From positions 1,499,992 to 1,563,991 of the forward strand of contig OZ220494.1 in assembly GCA_965116215.1 (NCBI GenBank): 64,000 nucleotides of DNA. Direction: 5' to 3'. A program made the translations under genes and the position numbers. Source of the stretch: Bdellovibrionales bacterium. Lineage in GTDB: Bacteria; Bdellovibrionota; Bdellovibrionia; Bdellovibrionales; JAKFYE01. The notes below the pieces were generated by a model, which ran no database searches, was not told where the DNA came from, and saw only the letters and a program-made list of their open reading frames with translations. This document shows, piece by piece, positions 29,025 to 38,946 of this stretch; positions within the stretch are counted from its first letter, which is position 1, and each line of letters opens with the position of its first letter.

Positions 29025-29787
29025 AGTCTAACAGTGCCTTTTTACTTTTCAATGCTATGTTTGACCCCTTATCTAGTGATATGAGCCGCTTTAAGTACTT
29101 CTTTCCATCTTTTTTGTTATTTATTCTTAGGGAACTCATCCCAGCCCCATAGAGAGCTTGTGGTAGAAAGTGCGTATCTTTATAGTAATTAATGACATTT
29201 TTATACCTCATAAGCGCACTTTTAAATCGATTGGCCTTAAAATAAAAATCTGCAATATAGATTTCCTTCTCTGCAAGTTGCAATCGAATATTTTTTATTT
29301 GTTTTTTTGCTTTGTCTACATATTGAGATTCTGGATAGTTTTTTAAAATGCGTTTAAAGTACTTGAGAGCTGATGAAGCTTCCGTGAGATCTCTATCAAT
29401 AGATTTCGGCAATTGTTGAGCGTGGCTCATTCCTTGTCGAAATGTGATGTAGTCTGGTCTATGGCGAGGGTGATGCTCTTGAAAAATATGATAGGCCATC
29501 TGCGCTTCTATCCAGTTTCCTCGCTTATAGTGAATGTCAGCAATTCTCACCTTGGATAAAGTGGCGTATTTGCTATAAGGGTGTTTATTTTGTACATCTT
29601 CATATTTTATAATGGCTTCGTTATAACGTTTATCTTCTTCATGCTTTTGAGCCAGTTCAAAGGCTTTCTGTGGGGAAGTATTTTGTTTTGTATACAGCGA
29701 AGAACACCCCAATGTGAGTAGAAGAGATAAAATGAGGGTGAAGTGAGTGACTTGAAGCATTTGTACACATTTAATTCTAGGCCGCAT
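29011..29787 (-). CDS. bamD: Outer membrane protein assembly factor BamD-like lipoprotein
   Basis: Lipobox LLTLGCSS, about 250 aa of TPR-like repeats and YxxA periodicity (YADKAKKQI, IADFYFK). The rluD-pgeF pair, a bamD neighbour in E. coli, lies about 7 kb downstream here. Confidence 0.6.
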   Translation of the reverse strand: MRPRIKCVQMLQVTHFTLILSLLLTLGCSSLYTKQNTSPQKAFELAQKHEEDKRYNEAIIKYEDVQNKHPYSKYATLSKVRIADIHYKRGNWIEAQMAYHIFQEHHPRHRPDYITFRQGMSHAQQLPKSIDRDLTEASSALKYFKRILKNYPESQYVDKAKKQIKNIRLQLAEKEIYIADFYFKANRFKSALMRYKNVINYYKDTHFLPQALYGAGMSSLRINNKKDGKKYLKRLISLDKGSNIALKSKKALLDYGIH

Positions 29788-29793
29788 ATGAAG

Positions 29794-30903
29794 TCAATTT
29801 GAACTACCCGTCTTTGTTACCGATGTCTGCTCTAAGTGCTGATATAATTCAAAAAAGGTCAATTTAAGGATGCTTGTTACGGGTATGGAAATAATCATTC
29901 CGAGGACACCCATAGCCTGAGCACCTACAATAATAGCAACGATAACAGTAATAGGATGTAAATCCACAATTTTGGCAACAACAAGAGGGATGATAAATAA
30001 GATATCAATGAGCTGAGCAATGAAATAAATACTAACGATAAGCGTCATCACGACCCATGATTCTTGGTTAATCAATGCAATGGCTAAAGCGGGAATGGCT
30101 CCAATAATGGGTCCTATATATGGAATGAGATTTGTAAGGCTGGCAAAAAGGGCGAGTATGATAGCAAAGGGAAAACTAATGATGGACAGCCCTATCCAGA
30201 CAACAAGGCCTACAATACCCGCTTCAAAAAGACGGGCACGAATAAAACTCCCCATTTGATTGTTTATTTGATAGGTCAAAGAAAGAAGAGGCTCAAATAG
30301 ATTATTGGGTACAAATACTAAAGATTTTCTATAGAGTGACCTACCATCTTTTAACATAAAGAATGAAAAGAATGGGGCCAAAAGGAAAATCGTAAAAATT
30401 TGTGTTGTCTTTTTTGGAATGTGAGCCAGTGTGGCCCCTACCCAATTTTCGGTTTGTGTTAACAATGTTTCAGCAATATTCAATTGATAAAAAGGATTTA
30501 GAAAGGTATTTGCTTGAGACTGAAATCCTATCATAAGGTTTTGAAGACCTAAAATATAATTGGGGAATTCATTTTGAAGGGCAGTAAACTGCTTGTTGAA
30601 AATAGGAAACAACATAGCAATTCCGAGTGTCATGAGTAAACCAATAGGTAAAAATACAAGGATAACTGATAGGGTTCGATCCACTTTTTGTCTTTCTATA
30701 AAATCAATCATTGGTTTAAACATATATGTAATAACATAGGCTAAAATAACTGATAGGAGAATATTTTCTACAATTAATAAAAGAAAGAGCAAGAAGCCTA
30801 TTCCTCCTAGAAAAACAAAAAATTTTAATCTTTTTTTGTTTTCAATGGTTTTAAGAGGGGAATTCATTTTTACTTTTTCCCTCAAGATTCGATAGTGCTT
30901 CAA
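29794..30903 (-). CDS. AI-2E family (PerM/YhhT-like) transporter
   Basis: Polytopic protein with the characteristic LTNLIPYIGPIIGAIPA block. An alternative start is at M13 (30867). Confidence 0.8.
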   Translation of the reverse strand: MKHYRILREKVKMNSPLKTIENKKRLKFFVFLGGIGFLLFLLLIVENILLSVILAYVITYMFKPMIDFIERQKVDRTLSVILVFLPIGLLMTLGIAMLFPIFNKQFTALQNEFPNYILGLQNLMIGFQSQANTFLNPFYQLNIAETLLTQTENWVGATLAHIPKKTTQIFTIFLLAPFFSFFMLKDGRSLYRKSLVFVPNNLFEPLLSLTYQINNQMGSFIRARLFEAGIVGLVVWIGLSIISFPFAIILALFASLTNLIPYIGPIIGAIPALAIALINQESWVVMTLIVSIYFIAQLIDILFIIPLVVAKIVDLHPITVIVAIIVGAQAMGVLGMIISIPVTSILKLTFFELYQHLEQTSVTKTGSSN

Positions 30904-31417
30904 TTTCTTTTTTCAAATTTGATATGCTATTTGATGTTTCTTTCAATCTATGGCCTAAAATTTCAGCTAATTGAAAAATAATTTTTGCCCCTAGGGAAGG
31001 CTGTCTTTCTAAAAGCTCTAAAAGGTCGGGTTTAAAGAAGCCAATAAGATATGTGTCTTCTGCGGCTGTAGCAGTTGCCATTCGAGCCCCTTTGTTTTCT
31101 ACAAGAGCAAGCTCTCCAAAGAAATCATTTTCTTTTAATTGCGTGATAAGAGATTCTTTTTCCGAAGCGTTTGATCGAGTTTTTTGAACGGTGATATTCA
31201 CAGTACCATGTGCGATGATATACATTCCAATGCCAATTTCTCCTTGTTTAAAAATAGTTTCTCTAGCGTGATAGTGGCGTGAGTGTACTATTTTTTTTAA
31301 AAATCGTAATTCCTTTAGACTTAAATTTTTAAATAATAAATTATTGCTAAGAATGTGTATGATACTCCTTTGTTCTTGTACCTTTTTAAAAATATTTTCC
31401 CAAAGAGAGCTTATCAC
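30851..31417 (-). CDS. Cyclic-nucleotide-binding domain protein
   Basis: cNMP-binding cassette: FKQGEIGIGMYII ... FFGELALV ... RMATATA. Confidence 0.75.
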   Translation of the reverse strand: MISSLWENIFKKVQEQRSIIHILSNNLLFKNLSLKELRFLKKIVHSRHYHARETIFKQGEIGIGMYIIAHGTVNITVQKTRSNASEKESLITQLKENDFFGELALVENKGARMATATAAEDTYLIGFFKPDLLELLERQPSLGAKIIFQLAEILGHRLKETSNSISNLKKEIEALSNLEGKSKNEFPS

Positions 31418-32133
31418 AACTGTTTTCCCCAGCTAATGATGGATGTATTTTCATGTATCCATCCTGTTCCACCTGATGGAGCAGTGACTTGTAACCAAGA
31501 ATGTAATTTTTTGTGAACAAGAACTTCGATGCCTTCTTTGATTTCAAAGAGGGTCGCTTGATTTTTGTTTGGTCCAGAATGAGCTTCTGCCTTAGGTACT
31601 ATGACGGTGACTCGCATTGTGTGCTGATCTTTGATTTTATACCCTAAAGCTAGTCCAAATATGAATGTACAGCAGAAGAATGTGAATAAAGCGATCGGGA
31701 AAGACGTTTGTTGCGTTCTTTTATGGAGGTAGTTTAATCCTGTAGAGATCATGAGAATGAGTCCTAGTGTAAATAGGCCCATAAGAACATCAATGGGGAT
31801 TTTTCTAAAGATATCTCTTAACGTAAATGTCGTATTGTGAGGGGAGTTGATAAAGTCCAGAGCTTTTTTGATTTCAGAAGTGTAGGGATCTAGATATTGT
31901 GCACGGCGTAAATACCCTAAGGCTCTTCCTTGGTTTCCTCTCTGTAGTTCTGTTAGGCCCAAGTTATACAATACAGTGCTATTATGTGGACTTTTCTGAA
32001 GTGCTTTTAAAAAATATACACTAGCTTGTTCATATTGCTGTTTTTGATAACTCTTTAGTCCGTTAGAGAATGAAAGAGGTGGATTTGCAGCACTTGTTAT
32101 AGGCAAGAGAATCAGAATAAAGAAAAATTTCAT
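31414..32133 (-). CDS. TPR, TM and SH3-like domain protein (BatE-like layout)
   Basis: Signal peptide, TPR units, two TM helices and a C-terminal SH3b-like block (WLQVTAPSGGTGWIHENT). Confidence 0.5.
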   Translation of the reverse strand: MKFFFILILLPITSAANPPLSFSNGLKSYQKQQYEQASVYFLKALQKSPHNSTVLYNLGLTELQRGNQGRALGYLRRAQYLDPYTSEIKKALDFINSPHNTTFTLRDIFRKIPIDVLMGLFTLGLILMISTGLNYLHKRTQQTSFPIALFTFFCCTFIFGLALGYKIKDQHTMRVTVIVPKAEAHSGPNKNQATLFEIKEGIEVLVHKKLHSWLQVTAPSGGTGWIHENTSIISWGKQL

Positions 32134-32409
32134 GTCAATTATTTTAAAAATGACTGAAGTGAATGTCCAATTGATTTTAGAGTGCCATCTCTAAAGTCGT
32201 CGTTTTAATGGAGTCTAAGAGATTTTCTAATAAAATGACAAGAATTTGAAAAGAAGAGTTCTTATTTTAGAACACTTCTAAGTTATAGGTGGTCTGTGAG
32301 ATAGATCTTATCGCATTTTTGGTTTATATGACTGATGGCTTTTTAACTGCTAAAGGTGCATAGAGTTCGGTGAATGATATAGAGAGAAAGATTTTAGAGA
32401 GGAAAAACT

Positions 32410-33744
32410 TTGGATTTAATAAAAACATGTCAGAGTTTAGTTTCAATAGATAGCTCTCCTTCACATGGTACAAGGGGAATTGTACAGACTTTAAGTTCGT
32501 TGGCGCAAGATTTGGGGTTACAGGCGTCTATTATTGAAACTTCTGTGAAAGAATATTGCAATATTTTAATAGGTCCTAAAGGACGACTCTCGGAAGAGAG
32601 TGTACTTTTTTGTAGTTATTTAGATACACCCTTGCCGGGCACTTATAGTCTGTGGGATGAAACTTCTTATAATCCTTTTAATTGTATGGTTCGGAATGGT
32701 CGTATTTATGGATTGGGTGCGAGTCGGGGCAAACTTGATTTTGCCTGTAAATTAAAGGCGGCCTCTTATTTTGTAAAAGAGAAACTCAGCCGCCCCTTTC
32801 TTTTAGTGGGTACATTTGGTGAAGAGATGGGGCTTATTGGTCCTAAGTTACTGCTTAATTCAGGAAGGCTAAATGGAAGAAGAGCTTTTATTGGAGCCTG
32901 TTCTCACTTGAAGCTTGTTCAAAAGACACACAGTGTATCTTTATTTGAGATCCATATTCCGTTTTCTCATGAGGAGATTTTTATTAAAAGAAGAAGCGAT
33001 AAAGAAGAAAGTGCGGTCACACAGAGCCGTATATTTAAATCAGATTCAGGCTATGCTTTTTCAGGGAAGAAACTAGAAAGTGCTGCTTTAAAACTCGTCA
33101 AATATCTTTCTCAGTTGCCCAGTGATAGAATGGTATTATCAGCCTTTGGTGGCACGAGTATGGTTTCTTGCCCAAGTGAAGCTGTACTAGAGCTGGATTT
33201 ACAGGCCAGTGTAAAAGAGGGGATTGGACAAAAACTTATTCATGTCTTTGAGCAGTTGTCCGATATAGAAAAGGATTTGAAAGATATAAAAGATGACAGC
33301 TTTATTGTACCTCATGCCATACTTAATGTTGGAACGTTACAAACGAATACATATGGTATAACGGTGGGCGTTTGTTTGACTTTTCCACCAGAAAACTCAA
33401 AACAGAGAGAAGAGTCTATTATCAGAAAGTTGAAGTATAAGATGGCTGCTATTGGGGCAACAGTTATTTGTAAAGAGAAAAGAGCCGCTTATTTGTGTAA
33501 AAAAGACTCAGAGTTTCATACTACTGTGGAGGAAAATCTTAAAACTTTCTATTCTGGAGATACGCAATGTAATTTGATTGCTCATAGAGGCAGTATATTC
33601 AATGAGCATATGATTGATTGTGTATTTATTGGACCAGGAGATGGAGATGGCCATTTTCATTCAGAAAATGAATACAATTTAATTGCAGATTTGAAGACAT
33701 CTGTTCGATTTTATAAAAGTATGATTGAAAAATTTTGTAAATGA
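32410..33744 (+). CDS. M20 (ArgE/DapE/CPG2)-family metallohydrolase homolog
   Basis: TTG start. M20 blocks are recognisable (LIKTCQSLVSIDS, GTFGEEMGLIG, HFHSENEYNLIADL). Two canonical ligand positions appear substituted (see findings). Confidence 0.55.
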   Translation: MDLIKTCQSLVSIDSSPSHGTRGIVQTLSSLAQDLGLQASIIETSVKEYCNILIGPKGRLSEESVLFCSYLDTPLPGTYSLWDETSYNPFNCMVRNGRIYGLGASRGKLDFACKLKAASYFVKEKLSRPFLLVGTFGEEMGLIGPKLLLNSGRLNGRRAFIGACSHLKLVQKTHSVSLFEIHIPFSHEEIFIKRRSDKEESAVTQSRIFKSDSGYAFSGKKLESAALKLVKYLSQLPSDRMVLSAFGGTSMVSCPSEAVLELDLQASVKEGIGQKLIHVFEQLSDIEKDLKDIKDDSFIVPHAILNVGTLQTNTYGITVGVCLTFPPENSKQREESIIRKLKYKMAAIGATVICKEKRAAYLCKKDSEFHTTVEENLKTFYSGDTQCNLIAHRGSIFNEHMIDCVFIGPGDGDGHFHSENEYNLIADLKTSVRFYKSMIEKFCK

Positions 33745-33995
33745 AAATTTTGGAAGGCATTCTATTAGATGTGATATGCACGGACTGTGTGATTTGTACC
33801 GATTTTGATTTATAAAAAATATAAAGTGTTAATCCACATGGGTGTATATAAGGTAAATGTCAAAGTATGAAGAAATGATTAAAGCCAGTGCTTTAACTTT
33901 TGATATTTTTGAGGTCGAAAAAAGTGTGGTGCAGTTGCAGAGGGGATGGGACATGGAGACATCCAAATAGCCTTTTTACTAGAAAGGGAATTATT

Positions 33996-35048
33996 ATGAA
34001 ATGGGTTTTTAAAGGGCTACTTATCATTACTTTATTTGGAGTGATAGGTGTGAGTTTTGTCTCTTATCACTTTTTAAACACTAGTCCATCTTCAAATAAC
34101 AAAAAAATTATTTTTGAAGTCAAACCTGGGCCTTTCATTGTTGTGGCACAGGATCTGAAAAATAAGGGACTTATTTCGAACATGCTTCTTCTTAGGATTT
34201 ATGTGAAACTCACCTCTCAAGCTGAATCTGTGCGTGTGGGGGAATATATGTTAAATTATCAGATGACCCCAGTTCAGATTTTAAAAATACTCTCCTCTGG
34301 GGACTCTATTGAATATAACGTTACTTTTCAAGAAGGACTCAACCTTTACGACATTGCAAATATTCTTGATGAAAAAAAACTAGTGAATAAGACAACATTT
34401 ATTAATCTTTGTCATTCTAAACCCTTTATTAAAGAGCTTATAGGAGAAGAGAGATACTCTTTAGAAGGATATTTATTTCCTGATACATACAAGTTCAATA
34501 AACAGATGGGGGGTAAGGAAATTATACGTAGATTTATTAAACAATTTAATAAGAACATTAAAATTGTGTTGAATGCTAATAATAAACTGTCTATGAATCG
34601 ACATGATCTTGTTATATTAGCTAGTATTATTGAAAAGGAAACAAGTTATGCAGAAGAAAGGAATTTAATTTCTTCTGTGTTTCATAATCGGCTAAAGAAA
34701 AAAATGCGATTGAGTGCTGATCCAACAATTATATACGGAATTTTGGATAAAACGGGTGTTCATATTTCAAATATTAAGAAAAAACATCTCAATGATAGTA
34801 ATAACATATACAATACCTATCGGAGAGGAGGGCTTCCCTTTGGTCCAATTTCTAATCCAGGTAGGGAGTCTTTAAGTGCAGCTCTCAATCCTTCTCGTTC
34901 AGATTATTTATATTTTGTTTCTAGAAACAACGGTACTCATGTGTTTTCTAGAACTCTTAAAGAACATAATGTGGCTGTGAGAAAGTTTCAACTCAATAAG
35001 AAGGCACGGCAGGGTAAATCTTGGAGAGATTTGAATAATAAAAAATGA
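33996..35048 (+). CDS. mltG: Endolytic murein transglycosylase MltG (YceG)
   Basis: N-terminal TM, LASIIEKET, SVFHNRLKKKMRLSADPTIIYG and YNTYRRGGLPFGPISNPG. I prefer the ATG at 33996 (MKWVFKGLLI...) over the TTG at 33900 in the ORF track. Confidence 0.85.
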   Translation: MKWVFKGLLIITLFGVIGVSFVSYHFLNTSPSSNNKKIIFEVKPGPFIVVAQDLKNKGLISNMLLLRIYVKLTSQAESVRVGEYMLNYQMTPVQILKILSSGDSIEYNVTFQEGLNLYDIANILDEKKLVNKTTFINLCHSKPFIKELIGEERYSLEGYLFPDTYKFNKQMGGKEIIRRFIKQFNKNIKIVLNANNKLSMNRHDLVILASIIEKETSYAEERNLISSVFHNRLKKKMRLSADPTIIYGILDKTGVHISNIKKKHLNDSNNIYNTYRRGGLPFGPISNPGRESLSAALNPSRSDYLYFVSRNNGTHVFSRTLKEHNVAVRKFQLNKKARQGKSWRDLNNKK

Positions 35049-35247
35049 ATATCTATTTATACCTCTATATTAAAACTTTTATCATTATTTTTTATGTATA
35101 ACTAAAAGAGTGTAAGTTTAGATTTAATTATAAAAATCAAAAACTCTATAGATTGTTACTTCCTATGGCTTTTACAAAATCTCTAAAGCTGGTCATGAAA
35201 CTTATTATTAAAATACTCAGGAATAAATCTCTTAAGTTGCTTGAATC

Positions 35248-35706
35248 TTAGATATTAAAATTAAATTCTTCAAGCTTTTGAATGTCAGGGTTAAATTGAT
35301 AGATATTCAGCTTAGCCATAAAGTTTTTGTTAAATGAAGGAACGATAACTTCCATTCTATTGTCCCCATTGATATCCTCTATAGCAAGATTTGTAGATTC
35401 ACCATTGAAATTAAAGTATCCGTCCCTGTGGTCTTCTAAGAAAATACGATCCAATAAGGAGGGAGTTTGTTTGGAGTTATTGTCACCATAAATTTCGATC
35501 AAGAGTCCTTCGTGAGTTCGTATCTTTAAGATATAAGATATATTTTTAGAATGTGTAAGATCACTTTGTATAATAGAGAGGACTTCCCTGTGTTCAGAAT
35601 TGAAAGTATTCTTGATAATCGTGCGTAGACCAGGATGTAGGGGTATTATAAAACTGAAAGTAAATCCTAACAGGAGAAAGGCTTTAAAGAGAATTTTATT
35701 CTTCAT
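35248..35706 (-). CDS. Hypothetical exported protein
   Basis: Signal peptide MKNKILFKAFLLLGFTFSF. EDINGDNRMEVIVPS resembles an FG-GAP/VCBS-type repeat. No firm family. Confidence 0.35.
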   Translation of the reverse strand: MKNKILFKAFLLLGFTFSFIIPLHPGLRTIIKNTFNSEHREVLSIIQSDLTHSKNISYILKIRTHEGLLIEIYGDNNSKQTPSLLDRIFLEDHRDGYFNFNGESTNLAIEDINGDNRMEVIVPSFNKNFMAKLNIYQFNPDIQKLEEFNFNI

Positions 35707-36046
35707 AGATAAATACCCTTCTGGATTCGTATGAGTGACTAAAAAACATCGTTACAAAGAAGTTATTATTGATAGTGGTGCTTCTGAACTTATACACTAC
35801 AAAGATAATGCCACTGAGAGACCTTTAGAATATAAAAAAATAGTAAATTAAATTAAGAAGTTAGTGGATTTTTGGGTATTTTATCCATATAAATATGTTT
35901 TTAAAGTGTTTAAATGTTAGACGGTTATATGGAATTCTAAACAACTTAAGATTTTATCTAGGGTCAAAATTCTTAGAGAGGGGCATTTTATATGAGACTC
36001 TCTGTTTATGGGATGGTTGGCTTGGTTTTTGCCTTTTATATTTTAA

Positions 36047-37144
36047 ATGTATCGGACTGTCCTTCAGCTTAGCTTTTTTCTATATATATTTTTGTTTTCT
36101 CTTCCTTTAGTGGCTGATCCTGCTTGTTTACCATTTTCAGAGTTTTCCCGTCGCTTCTGGGGAGCCAAATTTTTAAAAGGATATAAGCCTTTTGATTTTC
36201 GAAAGCATCCAATGACAGTTGGTGTGGAAGTTGAGCTGATTACGCCTGTAAAAGTAAAATATAGAAATGGTTCAAGAAGCTATCAAGAGCCTTTGAATCT
36301 TAATGAACTCAATTTAGAAGGAGCAACTCAGAGAGGGCAAGTGAGAGAAAGGTTAGCTCAAATTATTTATAACACGATTCAAAAAAAATTTCCTTATATT
36401 CAATTAGGGATAAAGCGAGATTATCTGCTTGGAGAATATGAATATACTGTACAATATAAACTCAATGACCGGCTATATGAATATGAAGTTAAAGAAGACA
36501 TATCAATTGAGGCCCCTCCTGTATATATTGGAGTCGAAATTGCTTCTCCAAAACTTTATAATCAGAAGGATATCAAATTATTTTATGATATTTTAAAGGA
36601 GCTTAGAGCAGAAGGAAAGGTTAAGACATCTTTTTTATCAGGAGTTCATGTGCATGTGGGTTTTCCACACGCAAACCCTCAAGAGGTTGCATTGACCTTA
36701 GCTCTTTTTTCTCAATTTGAAAAACAGATCTATACAGCCTTTTCTGTTTTGCCTTATAGAAGAACAGAATATGCTAATTTTGTAGGAGATAAAACACTTC
36801 ATTTTTTGCAACAGAAGGACATATTTACGATAAATGATTTAATTGGAATTGTAAAAGATAGGAATCAGGGTTTGAATATTAGACCACTTAAGGACGGGGA
36901 CTTTAAGACACTGGAGTTTCGTCTGTTTAATAGTTCTTTTAAATCTGCAGAGATTGATCGAATGATCAAATTTTCTCGGGCTTTTGTCAAATCTATACGT
37001 GAGAAACATCCACAATTATTAAAATTAATTTTTGAAAATAGAGATCTAGAAGCCGTCCCATTTAAAACACTTGTAGAAATCCTGGGTCTTAAAAAACAAG
37101 ATATGCTGCCCGTTGAAATTAAGCGTAGATCGGTAGCTTATTAA
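36047..37144 (+). CDS. Amidoligase-like protein (glutamine-synthetase/GCS2-like fold) with N-terminal signal peptide
   Basis: Signal-like N-terminus MYRTVLQLSFFLYIFLFSLPLVADP. Motifs TVGVEVELITP, IGVEIASPKL, GVHVHVGF and LEFRLFNSS match the carboxylate-amine ligase / putative amidoligase pattern. Confidence 0.5.
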   Translation: MYRTVLQLSFFLYIFLFSLPLVADPACLPFSEFSRRFWGAKFLKGYKPFDFRKHPMTVGVEVELITPVKVKYRNGSRSYQEPLNLNELNLEGATQRGQVRERLAQIIYNTIQKKFPYIQLGIKRDYLLGEYEYTVQYKLNDRLYEYEVKEDISIEAPPVYIGVEIASPKLYNQKDIKLFYDILKELRAEGKVKTSFLSGVHVHVGFPHANPQEVALTLALFSQFEKQIYTAFSVLPYRRTEYANFVGDKTLHFLQQKDIFTINDLIGIVKDRNQGLNIRPLKDGDFKTLEFRLFNSSFKSAEIDRMIKFSRAFVKSIREKHPQLLKLIFENRDLEAVPFKTLVEILGLKKQDMLPVEIKRRSVAY

Positions 37145-37211
37145 GCTATCTAAGATCTCCTGGCGCAACAGTTTTTATTATTTACTGTGATGTCTTATTT
37201 GTTTGTGGGGG

Positions 37212-37871
37212 TCACCCTGTGTTCGAGATCTTAATATAAGAAATTTGTCTTTTAGACTCTCCTTGGCGATAGGAAAAATAATTATTGTTTGAGAAAGTGT
37301 CGTCATCATGAATATAAATGTTATGAGAAGCTATGCCATAGTTCATCATTTGGATTTTTGCGATCCAACTGAGGTCAACGTATTTTTTGTTAAATTTCTT
37401 ATGTATAGCCTCTTTGGAGAGCAGAGATAGTTTTTCAGCTATATCATTGCTGACTTCAAATGATTCTTTTTGAATGTGGGGCCCTATGAAAATCAGTGAG
37501 TTGTGACTAAAAGATAATGTCTTTAGACTTTTAAAAACAATATATTTTTCTAAGCCCTTCCAGCCGGCATGAATACCTAGAGCTAAATTCTTTTTTAGAT
37601 CAATAGCAAAAATAGGTAAGCAGTCTGCTGTTATAATTCCAAGTGCTATGTTTTTTACAGATGTCCAATGAGCATCTGCTTTATGGGGGTTTTTATTACA
37701 TACTTGAGATGAATAAATGAGCGTTTCCCCATGGACTTGCTTTAACAGTCGTGTTTCAAATTTTTCAGACAAGAACAAAGTTTTTGTATAATTCCTATTT
37801 CCAAAAAACACCTCAAATGTTTTGGAGATAATTTGTGTACCTTTTTCTTGCCTTTGAAATGTATAATACAT
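37212..37871 (-). CDS. pgeF: Peptidoglycan editing factor PgeF (YfiH, laccase-domain protein)
   Basis: QVHGETL, ADAHWT, ITADCLPIF and IHAGWKG motifs. Confidence 0.8.
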   Translation of the reverse strand: MYYTFQRQEKGTQIISKTFEVFFGNRNYTKTLFLSEKFETRLLKQVHGETLIYSSQVCNKNPHKADAHWTSVKNIALGIITADCLPIFAIDLKKNLALGIHAGWKGLEKYIVFKSLKTLSFSHNSLIFIGPHIQKESFEVSNDIAEKLSLLSKEAIHKKFNKKYVDLSWIAKIQMMNYGIASHNIYIHDDDTFSNNNYFSYRQGESKRQISYIKISNTG

Positions 37872-37926
37872 TTTCTCTCATTATATAATGATCTGACTTT
37901 TAATTGAAAGTTTTCTAAAAAACTTT

Positions 37927-38946
37927 TTACTCATAGGATTCTTTAAATCCCCCTAGACTCAGGAGTTTTTTCATATCATCGGGCCAACCGATCTCATAAG
38001 TCATCTCTTTTTGTGTTGTTGGATGTATGAATTTTATTTTTTTAGCATGTAAAGCAATTCTATTAAATTGCGCAATATAATCTCTAAGAGGCTTTATGTT
38101 TATGTTTTTCTTTCGCTTTGAGCTGCCATATTGATTATCACCTATAATGGGATGATTTATACCATTTAAATGAATGCGAATTTGATGAGTTCTTCCTGTC
38201 TCAATAGATAAGTGAAGCCAGCTAAGTCCATGCTCACTATTTTGAAGAACCTTATAATGACTAATAGCCCTTTTCCCCCCCTCTTTTGTATTTGTATACA
38301 GTTTACGGTTTTTAGGATGTCTAGCGATATATGTGTCAATGGTATCAAATTCTTTTTTGGGAATACCATATGTAATGCCCCAATACTCTCTTGAAATAAT
38401 TCTTTTTTTAAAGTTAAAAACTAGTTTTTCGTGAGTTTTATTATTCTTTGCAACTAATAGCAATCCACTTGTGTCTTTGTCTAATCTATGTACTATTCCA
38501 GGTCGATTTTTAGAAGATCCTGAAGAAAGATATGGAGTATGATGAATAAGTGCATTAACTAAGGTGTCCTTAGAGTGTCCAGCAGAGGGGTGTACAACTA
38601 ATCCAGAGGGTTTATTGAGAACAATAAGATCATCATCTTCAAACAAAATGTCTAAGGGAATATTGGCAGGTTCAAGGATATCACTTTTTGTATTAGGGAT
38701 AGAAATATAAACAACTGTTCCTGCCTTACATTTTAAAGAGGGTTTAATTTTATTTATATTATTTATTTTTATATAACCTCTTTGAATTAACTTTTCAGCT
38801 TGTGAACGTGTTTGAATTTGAGGATGACATGAGAGAACTTGATCTAGTCTCTGAGAAGAGGTTTTCTCTGAAATAATAACTTTAGATTGTTTTTTCACTT
38901 TAAATTTGAGTGGTTTTTTTATAGAATGCCATATAGGAATTAGCAA
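37927..38946 (-). CDS. rluD: 23S rRNA pseudouridine synthase, RluD/RluA family
   Basis: S4 domain (QRLDQVLS), catalytic HRLDKDTSGLLLVAKN and GRTHQIR. The start is probably the GTG at 38898, two nt beyond the upstream stop, giving an E. coli-like N-terminal length. The ORF-track start overlaps the neighbour by 47 nt. Confidence 0.85.
   Translation of the reverse strand: MLIPIWHSIKKPLKFKVKKQSKVIISEKTSSQRLDQVLSCHPQIQTRSQAEKLIQRGYIKINNINKIKPSLKCKAGTVVYISIPNTKSDILEPANIPLDILFEDDDLIVLNKPSGLVVHPSAGHSKDTLVNALIHHTPYLSSGSSKNRPGIVHRLDKDTSGLLLVAKNNKTHEKLVFNFKKRIISREYWGITYGIPKKEFDTIDTYIARHPKNRKLYTNTKEGGKRAISHYKVLQNSEHGLSWLHLSIETGRTHQIRIHLNGINHPIIGDNQYGSSKRKKNINIKPLRDYIAQFNRIALHAKKIKFIHPTTQKEMTYEIGWPDDMKKLLSLGGFKESYE

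Noticed and set aside
35895-36110. 71-aa plus-strand ORF overlapping the start of the amidoligase-like gene
   Set aside because: It is in a different frame and made of low-complexity hydrophobic residues. The downstream ORF starting at 36047 has a coherent signal peptide and domain motifs.
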